Shown here piece by piece: positions 37,226 to 49,900 of a DNA stretch of 64,000 nt. Origin of the DNA: Amoebophrya sp. A120. Lineage: Eukaryota > Protista > Dinoflagellata. Both the position numbers and the translations under genes were made by a program. The stretch lies in NCBI GenBank assembly GCA_905178155.1, contig CAJINV010000001.1, positions 3,859,706-3,923,705 on the forward strand, written 5' to 3'. Every line of letters begins with the position of its first letter. The stretch's first letter is position 1. The notes beneath the pieces are model-generated. The model did no database searches. It had not been told where the DNA came from and was given only the letters and a program-made list of their open reading frames with translations.

Positions 37226-40200
37226 ATGATGGCAGTAGACGCTGGCAGCCTGGAGGAGGGCCTCCAAAGGATGCACCAGCGGATATCGCAGGAGAGCAGT
37301 GAAAAGGAGAGCTACAAAATGGATGCCGCGCAGCTGCGAAGAATAGTCGAACTGCACATGCGGCAACTAAGTACTTCTTGTGGTTTGATGCAAGCGCACA
37401 TAGACATCTTGTTTATCCGCTCACTAAACAAGTATTCTTTTTCTGGGCATAGGCCATGTTTTCTGCTACGAGTTCGCAACTAGACGCAGGATTAGGATAA
37501 AAACGAAAAAAATCAGGTTCGCTGATGCACGGGAACTGGTCCTCGGACACATTTGACCGCTTGAAGAACAGCGTGAAGACCTTTGACCAGGAGATAAAGG
37601 GCCGGTGCGCGCTCTCCGAGGCCGAGCTGCGGCAGATCAAATCGGCGTCCAGCAGTTCGGGCGACCCGCACCGGGATGCGCAACAGCGAAGCTACGAGGT
37701 GCTCCGGACCTCTTTAGTTGAAACGCAGAAAAGGTGTCAGTCCTACAACGAAAACATGTTGCGCGTCGCCCACGCCAACGATGAGCTGGCGCAGACGCTG
37801 AATACCGTGAAGAACACGAACAAGAGACTCGTCGACCAGTTGCAGTATCAGCAGGAAGAAGTGTCGCAACTCGTCAGTCAGCGCATCCTGGACGAGGAAA
37901 AGCTGGAGTACATGAAGAACCAGTTCGATAAGGAACAAGAGGGCTGGAGACAAGAAATAGGCACGAAGTTAGACGACTTGTCGAAGCTCCAGGAAGAGAA
38001 GTTCGACCACATGAAAACGCAGCTGACCGACCAACTCAGCTACTGCGTGAACAGGTACTGTGAGGTAGACCGTATAATTTCTTTTCTGTGCATTCGTATT
38101 CGACTAGTGAACAGCAGCGAACCAGCTGCACTAGGTGTGAGCCCCAGGGCATCGCTATTCATCGATCTGTCAGGTTAAAGCAGCACGCGGCCGACGCTGG
38201 CACGCTGCGCACGGTCCAGGGGGAGATTAAGGAGGACATGCGCAATATGGCGGACCACGTGGGTCAGGATTTGCGGAAGGCCATGCGCGTCTTCTCCGAC
38301 CAGCTGCACAACCTCGCAACAAAAAGGACGGAAGAGGTAACCCGCCTGAATGACATGGTGCACAAGGTCGGGATCGAGTTGCAGGCGAAAAAGGAACTCC
38401 GAGAGAAGGACGGCGAGCACTGGTCCGCGAAGTACAACAGCCTGGTGAAGGAAAAGGACGACTTGGTCAAGAAAATGGACGAGGACATGCTCCTATCAAG
38501 TGCAAAAATGTCTGGGTCTGGAAGAGTGTACACTTGTCATGCAGATTTTCCATGACCCATGAGGTTTGGAATGCGGCACTTAGCATGACAGACTCTGCGA
38601 GGTCTCCGCCATGTCTATCCTGCATGAGAAACTCCCTTCCAACTTGGTCGAAGGTGGACAGCTTTTGGCACTCATGCAACACAGATTTTTGTATGCTTCA
38701 GGTTCAGATTTACCATGACAAGTTACCACCTTCCAGACCCAGACATATTTGCAATTCATAGCTCCGGGTGCAGTACGAAATCCAAGAACTGGATAAGCAA
38801 AGAGCAGTGAACAGAGAAGACTTCGAGGAGCAGAGGCGGATACTCCATGGGGAGTGCGAGGAACTGGAGAGAAAAAAAGTATTGACTTTTGCTTTGTTTC
38901 AGCTGATGCTCGTCGAGGGGCTTTGCAATGCCAAATAATTTTGTTCCGTGACGACCAAGACCATAAAAATTCAAGCTGCTCGGGTGGATGAACTATGCAA
39001 ATTCAAATTGAAACTACATCAGGCTTCTCTCACCGGTATGATAGAGACCGCGCGCAGGCATTGTGTCCAGCTCGACGCGGCCAACGCCCGATTGGAGGAA
39101 GACAGGCAAACGCTCTTTGAATCGGAGAAACAGCACCGCAACGACATCCGGGAGTCCGACCAGGCGCTGTCTGACGCCGTCGCGGGGAATGAGCGACTTC
39201 GCGAGCAGATGGAGGAAGCGCGGGTGAGTATGCAATGCAAAAGCATCCTACTAGTAGTAGTAATTGCAATACAAATTGGCTCAGCATTACAAATTGAACT
39301 TGTAATGCGGATTTGCCTTAAGATTTGTCATGCATAAATGCAATTAGTACGAGTCGAGTGCGATACTTTTGCAATGCACAGTGAGTGCGCAACAGCAAAA
39401 CGAACGGGACCAGCAAGTTTTAAAAGACACTTTTGAAACGAAAATCCGCGATCTGAAGCAGTCCCACGAGCAAAATGTGGCATACATGGAGCAACAGGTG
39501 CGGAATCTCGAAAGTTCTGTGGCAACCAGGTACGGGGACGTGGACGAGGCGAGGCATGCCTGTGACAAGTTGCAGGTGGAGTCCACAAACATGCAGAGAG
39601 ACGTCGCGTATTGGCAGAGTCAGCACGAACTGGCCAGCACAGACCTGAAGGCACTGGAAAGTATTTACGTTCTGTTTGTTTCTACTTCACGTTTTATTTT
39701 TGAGAAAGACCACTGCTGAAACTCATAAGTTAAGTATCAAAGTCACGAATTGCACCGAGATACCCTCATTCTACATCTTTCTTGAGGCGAGGGTCTACTA
39801 TTGACTTAAACACATTTATGACAGATGAGTGCAAGGAGGCCAAGAGCACCTGGGAGAAGGAGAAACTTGCCGCAGAGGAGCACATGAACGATTTGATCCA
39901 GAAGCGGCAGTCCCTGGAACATATCCACAGCAAATTTGCCGTACACGTACAAATGCGGTCTGTGCATGACAAAACTTGGCTCCGATCGTAGTTTAGCATG
40001 ACAAGTTTGACACTCGAAATTGCTGAGATTTCTGATGCGTCTTGTACATATGCAGGAAATTTGTATTGCATAGAGCAGAGCATGAAGCACCAGCAAGAGG
40101 CCTACGACGAGTTCCTGACGGTGAGCAAGGAAAACCTACGGGAAAAAAAATTTTACATGGACCAGCTCGGCTCAAAGACGCGGGACGCGGAGACAGATCT

Positions 40201-41920
40201 GCTGAAGACGAAGGAAGATCTGAAGTATTTGTGTTTATAGAAGAACCTCCGTTACAACCGTTTGCGAAACTGTTCGTCGAATGTGTTCTGTATCCTATGT
40301 ATTATGTTGTCACTCTCGGCTTTTGTTTAGCTGCTTCACTGCAATATGACCATCACGATTAAATATTCCTTACCGTGGTCCTCGCGATGTTATTCTCCCA
40401 ATAAAATATCATTAGGACCGGCACCAACGATCTTGCACGGATCAAGCGCGAGGAAGCGAACCTGATCGCGCGGCAGCTGGAAGCGCAGCACGAGCTCGAG
40501 AAGGCGTACCAGAACACGGTAAGGCTAGCCGAGGACGAGCGAGCCAGCTACGAAAACACACTGCTGCAAGAGCGCCGTGACGCCCAGCAACTCTACGAGA
40601 ACTTTCAGAGAGTGCGGGAGGAACAGGCACTTACGTTCCAAGTATAATACGGGTTGGCAGTTTGTTGGTCGTTGTTTGAGAAGGAGAACAACGAATGTTG
40701 ACTTCGCACGAATTATATTTTTGAATTTGTTTGACGGTTTCTGGGGCTACCAGGAGCTGTTGGTTCCCAAGAACTGCATCCGTTGTAATTAGGAGCTACC
40801 AGCAGCAGAATAGAAAGGAGCATGTGCACCAGCTTTCGTATCAAATTAACAGAAATGGGCCGAGGCGCCGAACCAGAAGATTTCGAGCCTCGAGCGCGAG
40901 CTTTTGGAGCTCCAGGACCGCGCCAAAATGGAGATCAGCACTTTGCAAGCCAGCGTGAAGAGCTCCGCCAAGCAGCTGGAATCAATGGAAACGGAAGTCG
41001 CCCGGTTGCACGAACTGCAAGACGAGTCCGGCGCGGCTTGCGAGAAGGAGCGCGGGATGCTGAAGGACAGAAAAGAGGCACATCTGGATGCTAGGCAACG
41101 CTTCGAGGACGACAGGAAAGCGGCGAAAGCGGTGATTACCGAAGCGGAATCGCAATACCAACATGCAATGAAACAATTGCAGGACAACAACCGAAAGTAC
41201 AAAATATCAATATGAATATGTGGTAGCACAAGTGTTTTTTTTTGCACTCTACACCTACTTGATCAACACTATGCACCTGCGATATCTTGACACCTGCAGA
41301 ATCAACAGCTCATTGCTTTTTTTCTAGGAGCTGGAGTTTATTTTTCCTCTTTGTTTTTGCCCGGTTTTCGTTTTCAAAATCTTAGTGTGTTGAGCGTATG
41401 CAACACGCCGAACTTATCAGGTCCGACTCCGAGAAGAAAAAGCTTCAGATGGAGATGGAAGATGCGCGAACCGGATTGGCTCGGCGCTTGGGTGAAACCG
41501 AGCGCGTCACCAACAGGCTGATGACAGAGTATGAATCGCACCTCAGTGCGCTGGATGTCAAGTTCAAATGCGAAGCTGAGAGGAGCAAACAAAGGTATAA
41601 TTCAAGGACGAATTTGAGAAGTAGAAGTGCACTGCGTGATTGAAGATGATGTCCCCTCGTGTTTACAATTGCCATGAATTTTTCACTTAGCAGCTTCACG
41701 TGATGTAAGATATCCGAGACATCATTGATGAAATCAAAGTGATAAAGATAAAACACTCCTCTCCAGGCTGGATTCCATGGTGCGTGAAAACGAGCATCTC
41801 CGGCACGTCGTGGGTGAACAGCGGTACCCCATCGTCGCCGATAGCGACATGGCCGCGCACCTCAACCGAATGCAGTCTCGCGCGAACGACTTACGGTCGG
41901 AGCTTCGTCGGTATAACTGA
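37226..41920 (+). CDS. Long coiled-coil protein, ~912 aa, 12 exons
   Basis: Exons 37226-37370, 37517-38054, 38174-38493, 38766-38878, 39023-39228, 39386-39660, 39825-39921, 40078-40224, 40416-40641, 40853-41196, 41421-41594, 41767-41920 (2739 nt, open). 8 GT-AG introns and 3 TIR elements; E/K/Q/L-rich heptad-like composition. Confidence 0.8.
38494..38760. mobile_element. Family A introner-like element
   Basis: TATCAAGTGCAAAAATGTCTGGGTCTGGAAG / CTTCCAGACCCAGACATATTTGCAATTCATA; DR GCTCC; frame restored. Confidence 0.95.
39229..39380. mobile_element. Family C introner-like element
   Basis: TATGCAATGCAAAAGCATC / GATACTTTTGCAATGCACA; DR GTGAG; frame restored (ARVSAQQ). Confidence 0.92.
39922..40072. 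mobile_element. Introner-like element with diverged TIR
   Basis: TATCCACAGCAAATTT..GTACAA / TTGTAC..AAATTTGTATTGCATA; DR GAACA/GAGCA; frame restored (LEQSMK). Confidence 0.85.
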
Positions 41921-42875
41921 TGACGCAAGCACTATGAAGCGAAAGTCGGCATTTATTCCGTTTGCCTTTTTCATATGCGCAATTTTTTTTCAGCCCTAAA
42001 AAGGCGACAGATTCTGCATATGACTACTTCCTTCGAACAAAAATGCACACTAATCTTCCGTTCCTCGCACTTGTTGCTACTTCTTCTGTAATCTAGTAGC
42101 GCTGGAGGTTTACACTTTTCACTTCTTCATGTGTAGTCTCGTGGAAGAACAACGGGACTTCTATTTACTATTCCTTCCACTTCGAATTAATGACAATAAG
42201 TCGGACGCAGACCCGCTTGATTATCCTTGAAAAACAAAATCACACAACGCAGTAATATTTGCATCAGTAAAGCTATCAGATTCAGAAAGAGAAATTTAAG
42301 CAAAGGATACAATCCCTATCCCTCGTTAACATCCGCAAAGCGATGGATGTTGCAAGGAAGATTTGATAAAAGAATATACTCATGATGAAAAAACAAAAAC
42401 CCTGAAATCTAGAGAAACAAGTTTGGCATCACGCGCGCATGCCTGGGAATACGAATACCAACACTGTATAATTTGAACATCACACTCACAGAAAAAAGAA
42501 AAGCAAAGCGAAGATCAGATAGCGTGTGGAGGAACGATGAGACCGAGGAATTGTTTCGCTCGTCGTCGAACTCTGTTCACTTTCGTTTTCTTGAAATTGA
42601 GTCGACTTTCTCGTTTGTTGTATTGCTTTTCTGAGAGAAAGATTTGAATGGATCACGAGAGCAGTTTGTCGAGCGAGAGGGTTCTCATTTCGTTGACGTC
42701 CGCACGTAACTACGTTGCATTTTTTGACGAAGCACTTCTTAGCAAAAGTTTAAATTGTTCTGTTCTACCACTCGAATAAAGGAAACTGAATCTCGTGCTC
42801 GTCCATGATAGGGAAACGGAAAGCAAAAAGGTAGAGACCAAGTTGTAAAAATCTTCTCACGGGGTCGTTGCAAAG

Positions 42876-44218
42876 ATGACGGACCCAGAGAAGAAGTACC
42901 TGAAGGCGGTAATCAAAAACCAGGAAATGCCTGTCAACATGATCGAGGACATTCTTGACACATCAGTCAAGATCATGCAGGAGTACAGCTTTTTCTCATG
43001 CTTCCACTTTCTTTGTCACCTATGGCTTCTTTAACTTACACCGCAATTAAAATTTTAAGTTTGCTGGTGCAGGTTTTGATTCCTCCACCACGAGAAAAGC
43101 ACACCAAACTTCTTGATCTTCAGGTGCCGAACAGAGCGAGACATCGCTGACAGACTGAAGAAGCATGTGGACGCAGCGTACACACCATCTTGGAACGTAA
43201 TCGTAGGAAAAACGTTCGGGTCCTACATTACGCACGAGACAAAAAGGTATGGGGATTTTTATATACGTCGTGAAGATTGTCATTGTGAAGATGTGTAGTT
43301 AGTTCATCATCTTGCACTAGCGAACTATCATCGCTTGACGACGAGGAACATTTCCAAATCCCTGCCCGGAAGCACAAAATTGGTTATATGTAGTGAGGTC
43401 ACGAACGTTCTAATCTAGCGATCTTTTTGACAGCTCTTATGCAAAACGACCGGCAGTTTTCAAACGGCCGGAAGTGTTTTTTGACAAAAAAGATTTTCAA
43501 TTATCAAGCGGCCGGGGCTTTGATAGCAAACAAGCCCGGTCGAAAACTATCGATTCGCACTTGATAAAACGACGCAGGGGAGCCGGCAAAAGGGGCGCCC
43601 TTCTGAGGCGCCCGCCGCCTTGGTTTCTGGCGATTTGGGGCGCCCAAAAAGGGGCGCCCAAAAAGCAGCACTCCGAAAAAAACAGCGGATCCGCATAGTA
43701 TGGGCCTCATTTTGGCCCACATTCGGGCCTCGCAAAAGACGCCACCAAAATCCGCCATTTCAGAGGCGGACTGAAGGCCAGAAGATGCGGCATTTTGCCA
43801 AAAAAAAAACAAAAAAACAAAGTCCGCCAAAAGCAAAAAGCCAATCCGCATGCTATGGGCCCGATTTGGGGCTCCCAAGGGTCCGTCCCTGGCGCGGGCC
43901 CTGGCGGGGCCATAGCATGCGGGGAAGGTTTTTCGATTGAAACCAAATGGAGGCCAGCTCTGGAGTGAGATTCTTAGCGACCGCCACCGCCGTGCCGTCG
44001 TGCATAACATTGCTCACGATGGCATGGCGGGCAGAGAAGCTGCGTCTTTTTTGGTGTGAAGACAAAAAGACCGCCGTGACCTCACTACCTCCGCGGACGC
44101 GGCTATTATTGGTAGTTGGTTTTGTCTACGTACTACTCTACCCTTCTGCAACAAAAAAATTAGGTACGTCCAGTTCAACATTGCTCACATGAGCTTTCTT
44201 GTGTGGAAATGCGGTTAG
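42876..44218 (+). CDS. Dynein light chain, LC8/type 1 family, 94 aa
   Basis: Exons 42876-42982, 43124-43246, 44164-44218 give MTDPEKKYLKAVIKNQEM...ERDIADRLKKHVDAAYTPSWNVIVGKTFGSYITHETKRYVQFNIAHMSFLVWKCG; both introns GT-AG. Confidence 0.92.
43390..44088. mobile_element. ~700 bp TIR element inside dynein light chain intron 2
   Basis: Perfect 14-bp inverted ends GTAGTGAGGTCACG / CGTGACCTCACTAC, plus a second imperfect 14-bp pair; internal hairpin 43846-43922; no target duplication seen. Confidence 0.55.
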
Positions 44219-44969
44219 GGACAAGAAGGAGCAGAGGCAGAGCTTTGACAAAAGTACTACACACCCCTCGTCCGCGAAGAGTAGATCCCACAAATGTACA
44301 CAACGAACGGGCTACCACCATTTTACCGACCGCCTGGTCGCAACCGCGATGAAGAACGTCCGGAATTAAGAACTTCAACTTGCGATTTAAGTTTAATACG
44401 CGACGAACCGAATTTTTGTAAGAACCTAGCAGTCTGATTCATCTGAAAACAATACCTTTTGCTTACAAGTACAATCCTACAATCAACTTTTACAGTATCA
44501 ATAGCAGTTGGAGCGTGTCGTGACTCCGAGAAAGGGCAGTAGATGGAACAATTTCGGCGAACAAGAAAATCGAAGAAAAATGCCATGTAGCTGAAAAGGA
44601 AACCGAAAAAAAATACAAAACAAAACCTCGCTGTGCGGCCTACTCGGGAGACAAGTAAAGATTGGCTCTTGTACTTGCCCTGCCTGGCGCAGCATGTTGC
44701 TTTCGATGTGGATCTGCAAGAGATTCGGAACTTCTGTTGCCTTCACCTCCTTCAGGTCCCCGCCCCCCGTGCGGGTTTCATAGCTGCACTGCAATACTGC
44801 CTTTGAGCGGTGATACTAATACACGTACGGTTATAATCTTCACTGACTCGCATGCATACTGGACAAGTAATAAAGTTAAACACAAGTTAGTATATGTCGC
44901 CGGTATTGCTTCGCAGTTCTGGACCTTGAGTAAGTCGTTTTTCTTGTGACGCTTGTTATTCGATACACG

Positions 44970-46316
44970 ATGGCGCGCGACGGCGGGAAACGGGGCACTA
45001 CTCCGACCGGAAGCAACAGGCGCCCGGTCAAGACTGCCTCCGAAGCATCACTTCCGGAAATTACAGGAGCGAATGCGAAATCTCCAGCAGGTTCCTTCAA
45101 AGGTAGTGCGTACTACTGCCACCACAAGCCGAAATACCCGCTCGTGACAATTTCCATCTGCGGTGCCTTTGCCGCGCTTTTTACGGCTATTTCGACACAA
45201 GTTCTTCCCACATTGTTCACCGTGGACGTGTTGCTGCTCCACGCAAGTTGCTGGGCATTCGTGTATGTGACTGTGCAGAAGAGTATTTTAATCCTCGTTC
45301 TTCCCGACGGCAGCGACTACAATGAGCCCATGTTCAGAAAGCCAGGCAATACCCCCAGGTGGAGCTTCTGGGTGTGCGCAGTCCGGTCCCTGATCTTCTG
45401 TGTTGCGTTGACGCTTGCATTCTTAATCGTTCTTGCAATCGAGATTGCGGAAACCGCAGCAAAACAGGCTAGTACAACTCGCAGAGCAGACGGCTTGACG
45501 GCAAATCTCAACGCAGCAAAACTCATCCTGAATGACGTCAACACGGTCTGGCCACGGGTGAAGCGGGATACGTTAGCGAACTACAGTAGCGTCTGCGGCA
45601 ACGCGGGCAGTGGGGGCACAGACACAGTGAGCAGTTGGACGTGGTTTGAGCAGGTTTGCGACAGCGGAGACGAGCCGCGGAGCAGTGCGAGCGAAGCGTT
45701 CTCCGTTACGGATCTACTGCAGCGGAAATTTTCGTCCCATTATCCACCTGCAAGGAGTTCAACATCTGGTGCGAACTTTTTTTTCACCGGTGGAGCAGCT
45801 TCCGCTTCGGAGCCGCACCTCTCGCTCCTGACGGGAAAGTGGTGCTTGATGGGGCTGACCTCCTTCATGGGCATGATGCTCTCCGATATCTGGACATACT
45901 ACAAAGTGCCCTCCTTGAACACGAACGTCACGCTTCTCGCTCACCATCTCGTCTGCTTTCTCTCCCTGCTCGTGGCCGTCTGGTGCAACGCGCGGGGGCA
46001 GATACCTCTGGTTTTCCTACTGGTAACCGCGGAAGTGGGCACCTGCATCTACTCCTGGGCGGGGATGTTCACGGAAAACAAACGCCTAGTTGCGGCCTAC
46101 AAGTACTTGATGACTTTGTCAAATATTTTCATGCTCCTCTCCTGGTTCTGGTTCGCGTACTGCAACGGACCACATCCACCGGTCTTCAACGTGACTTTTT
46201 TCACGATTGCGGTCATAGCGCTCGCACACGGAAGGCAGGACTTCATGGTGCAAAGTCTCAAGGAATGGCGAAAAGACAATGAAGCGAGGAGGGACAAGGA
46301 GAAAAAAGGAAAGTGA
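44970..46316 (+). CDS. TLC (TRAM/LAG1/CLN8)-domain multi-pass membrane protein, intronless
   Basis: Long ORF with many hydrophobic segments; LLAHHLV..(x)..AEVGTC pattern typical of TLC domains. Confidence 0.7.
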   Translation: MARDGGKRGTTPTGSNRRPVKTASEASLPEITGANAKSPAGSFKGSAYYCHHKPKYPLVTISICGAFAALFTAISTQVLPTLFTVDVLLLHASCWAFVYVTVQKSILILVLPDGSDYNEPMFRKPGNTPRWSFWVCAVRSLIFCVALTLAFLIVLAIEIAETAAKQASTTRRADGLTANLNAAKLILNDVNTVWPRVKRDTLANYSSVCGNAGSGGTDTVSSWTWFEQVCDSGDEPRSSASEAFSVTDLLQRKFSSHYPPARSSTSGANFFFTGGAASASEPHLSLLTGKWCLMGLTSFMGMMLSDIWTYYKVPSLNTNVTLLAHHLVCFLSLLVAVWCNARGQIPLVFLLVTAEVGTCIYSWAGMFTENKRLVAAYKYLMTLSNIFMLLSWFWFAYCNGPHPPVFNVTFFTIAVIALAHGRQDFMVQSLKEWRKDNEARRDKEKKGK

Positions 46317-46954
46317 TGTAGACATAATTGTGACACTGCCACAACGACAACGTGAAATCAAATGCGGAGCCGTGGCAGCTACATCGAGAAATTTTTCAAA
46401 AGTTCTTCAAACTACCAACGCGCATCTCTAATTGCATAGCTTTTCATCATCAGTATAATCCCGTGCTATAGTATGTAAATCTAAATGCTGTGAACGTATT
46501 ACGTGGACGTGGAGATGTCCCCTTTCTGTTTTTTGTGTCTGAGTCTGAGCAGGGAGACCGTCCGCGCAGGAAATACCACAGCGCTGTTGTTCGGTTTATG
46601 GTTTTTTCTTAGTCGCTTGCGCTTCACCTCCGAGAAAGTTAAAGTATGTACAAGTGCTGCAAATACTAGCTGCTGAGGAGAAGAACAAATCGCCGGTCTA
46701 GGGGAGAGCAAACAAGGCAAAGTCAAAAACTAGCAGAAGATGGTCATGGAGGTTGTACGTAGGTGGACGTGTACCTTTTTGGAGATTGTCTTGCATGGAA
46801 ACCACATGGATGAGCGTGTCGTTTCTTTGTGAATGGAAAGTTCTTGTAGGTGTACTTGTCCCGCTCCCCCCATGATCGTTGAAGTTCAAGTTCTTGTTTT
46901 GCGCGCAATGTGAATGAAAAATATTCACTTCATTCCAAATCACAATCAACAATC

Positions 46955-49900
46955 ATGACCGCGTCGGGGGGACGACTACCCCCTTCCATCCATCCGTCCT
47001 CGTCATCGAGTTCAAGATCGAGGCCATGGATGTATCAACAACGCGCAAGCGTCGAGCACGATTACGACTACCAATACGATACTGACGTGCAACAGGAAGT
47101 CGAGATTAATGCGCCGTTCGCGTTTAATGAAGGCCGCGAAGTTCTTGCTGCTGCTGAATACAACTGCAGCCACGACTCATCGCTTCGGTCATCGGGTTCT
47201 AATCAGAATGATCGGAGCACCAGAAGTAGACCAGTGGCGATGTTGAACTGCACAAGCGGAAGTAGTGCAGGATCGTCTGGATCTTCAGCATCAGCGTCGT
47301 ACACCGTCGAGCAAGATAGTGCCTGTACCGGAGCCGATGGCCGCCAAGGCCGAGAATCGGTGGATTGGCTCCTCGCCAGAAAATGGCGCAGCCGCCGAGT
47401 ACAGGAAACCGTGTTTCACACCTGGCTGCTCTCCGTCGTCGGTACCTACGAGCAAATGTGTCACCTAGCGGCTTCCCACCGACAGAACGGCCTTCGGAAG
47501 GCGTTAGGTACGTGGAAGGCCGCGTATGCGTCGCGGACGGCGGAGATTCTCGCGGAGGCTCAGTTCTGCTTGACTTTACAAGCGAGAGCGGTCCGCGCGT
47601 GGTCCGCGGCCCTGGTTTTCGTGCGAGATCAGCGAATCAAGGTTTTAAGTCTGCGCTACACGGGGCATAGCCGCTTGCTTGGGGAAGTGTTCGGAATTTG
47701 GAAAGAAAAGAATTCTGGTAGTTGTAGAGGTGATCAACACGAGGAAAGGCTGGACGACGTCGACGAGAGCGCTTCTGCAAATAATGAAACCGATAAAAAA
47801 GCAGTGGTCACTCCAACACGGGTGGCTCCGAAAATAAGGAATCAACCGCTCCGAGGACCAGGCGGAGCTGATCAACATACTGGTGATGTTGTTGACCACA
47901 GCCTGCCACTACATACCTCGATCCCACTGTCGGAGATCAGTCCTTTTTTGCGCTCCATTTCGCTCTTTGACCTGTCCTCCTCTGGAACAAGCCAGCAAAA
48001 GTCCTTGTTAGCAACTCAATCAGAGGCCGCACAGCATGATCAACACGAGGAGCAGCACGACGTGGACACGCAGATGATGCCAGGATTTATTTCCAAATCG
48101 GGTAAAACGCCATTCGCATTCACATCAGGGAGTTCTAGAAAAGCCACAGAAGGTGGACCACGATCTGCAAAACAAGACAGCAAAACAGAGCTGCGGACGT
48201 TTCTGGAAAGTACTTTTCAAGCCAGTTTGCAGCGTGTTCGCCAGGAGAATCATAATCCGGCGAGTGGAAAAATAGACCTAACATCTCCGTCGTTCCCGCA
48301 TAGTCAAATGAAGACGGACACGGACAACTGTTCAACATCCAGGTCCACCACGAAGCTGCTTTCGCTCATCGCGTCTGCGGAGTCCATGTTTCACGTGCGC
48401 GACTCCTGCATCACCGCGAGCAGCGACGGACGCCCGATGCTGAATCTCGCTGCGCTGCAAAAATTGGTGCAGAAAAGCAGGGAAGAACAGGGTGACGTTG
48501 CAGAAGTAGAGACACGGAGCAGCAGAGGATCGTCAAAGGAGGACCGCTGTAGGAACTCGTCATCCAATGCCAAGGCTGCTGGGACGGAAAGTGCAAGGAC
48601 GAACGGGCATCAGCATCATCACGCTGAGTCAATGACTTTCAGCCTTACCAATGCTGGCAATCTCGCCTCGGAAATCCACAAATGGCGCGGGCAGTTGTAT
48701 GCGCAGCCGGATGACATGATCTTGCAGGAGAACAACGGGCAACTGAAAAATTTTCAGGCCGAGCGCATACTTGAAGAGGGTCCACTAGAGGGCGGCGATG
48801 TCGAGATGCATGTTAGCGATGAACGAAGTCAGATGACAGGCTTGCCAGCGCCAGCGCAACTCAATCGTTCCTCTGCTCCATCCTCTAGCACAAGTTCAAG
48901 TTCTATTCTTCGCCGTGCTGTTGATGTCCCGGTGAGACAGAGCCCTGGAGGTCAACTGTCTGCGTCTTCGTGCACTACAGTGCGTGCATCGACGTCTAGC
49001 TCCTCTGTGAAAAACGAGAATTCATCAACGCTGTTTGGAAACAAAATCCAGAGTGTGCTGAATGACACGCGACGGAGTATCAAGACGCTGCGGCAAACTC
49101 TCGTGGACCGCAGCACACCGGACGACGTGTCGTACGACATCTGCGAGCTCGGTTCGGAGCAGAACAATAGCGCGTTTGCAGCAGCAGCTGCTTCAAGCGG
49201 CTTTCAGAACGTGTCACAACTCGCTTCGGAGATGAAAAATCCATTGGAGTTATCTAATCGCTGGTCAGTTCCTCCGCTAGTTGCTTGCGGTCCAGGACCA
49301 GTGGAGGTGGTGCAACAAGCGAGTTCGAGCAATAGCGGTCCTGCTCACTCAATATCACGAGCACGAGCGAGTCAAAGTGAAGAGCAGGGAAGAGGAGAAC
49401 AACCTGTCCGTGCAGTAATTGCCGATCATTCACCTCCTGCCGCAATCTGGGAAGTAGACGAAGAATCACCCGTGTCGACTCAACATCAAGATCAAGAGAA
49501 CGTGCTTCACCGCCAAATAGCACAAAAACGCGAAAACTTTGTTCGCAAAGTTCTGCGCACGTGGCATGGTAAACGCGCGAAAGCAGAGTTGCGTGTAGAA
49601 GCGACGACCCATCGTAATTTTCCCGGTGTAAGGACGAGTGCTCGGGAAGAGCGGGCGCTGCAAAAGCTGGAAAGTCTGCTGCAGAACAAAAGCGCGCAGA
49701 TGGAGAACACAAGCAGGGCTGCTGCAGGGAAAAATCTTATGAAAAAGGCCGAAGGTCGCGTTCTCAAAAGTGTTTTCCAACGATGGACGCGACACACGCA
49801 CAGAAAGCGCACGGACCGCTGGACGCAGGTTTGGCGCGCAATCGTGTTGCCGAAAGTCAGGCGCGTGTTCGAGGCGTGGCGGGACAACACCAACGAGGAG

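Noticed and set aside
43113-43298. Dynein light chain ending in RYGDFYIRREDCHCEDV
   Set aside because: Read-through into the intron; a proper LC8-like terminal exon exists at 44164-44218.
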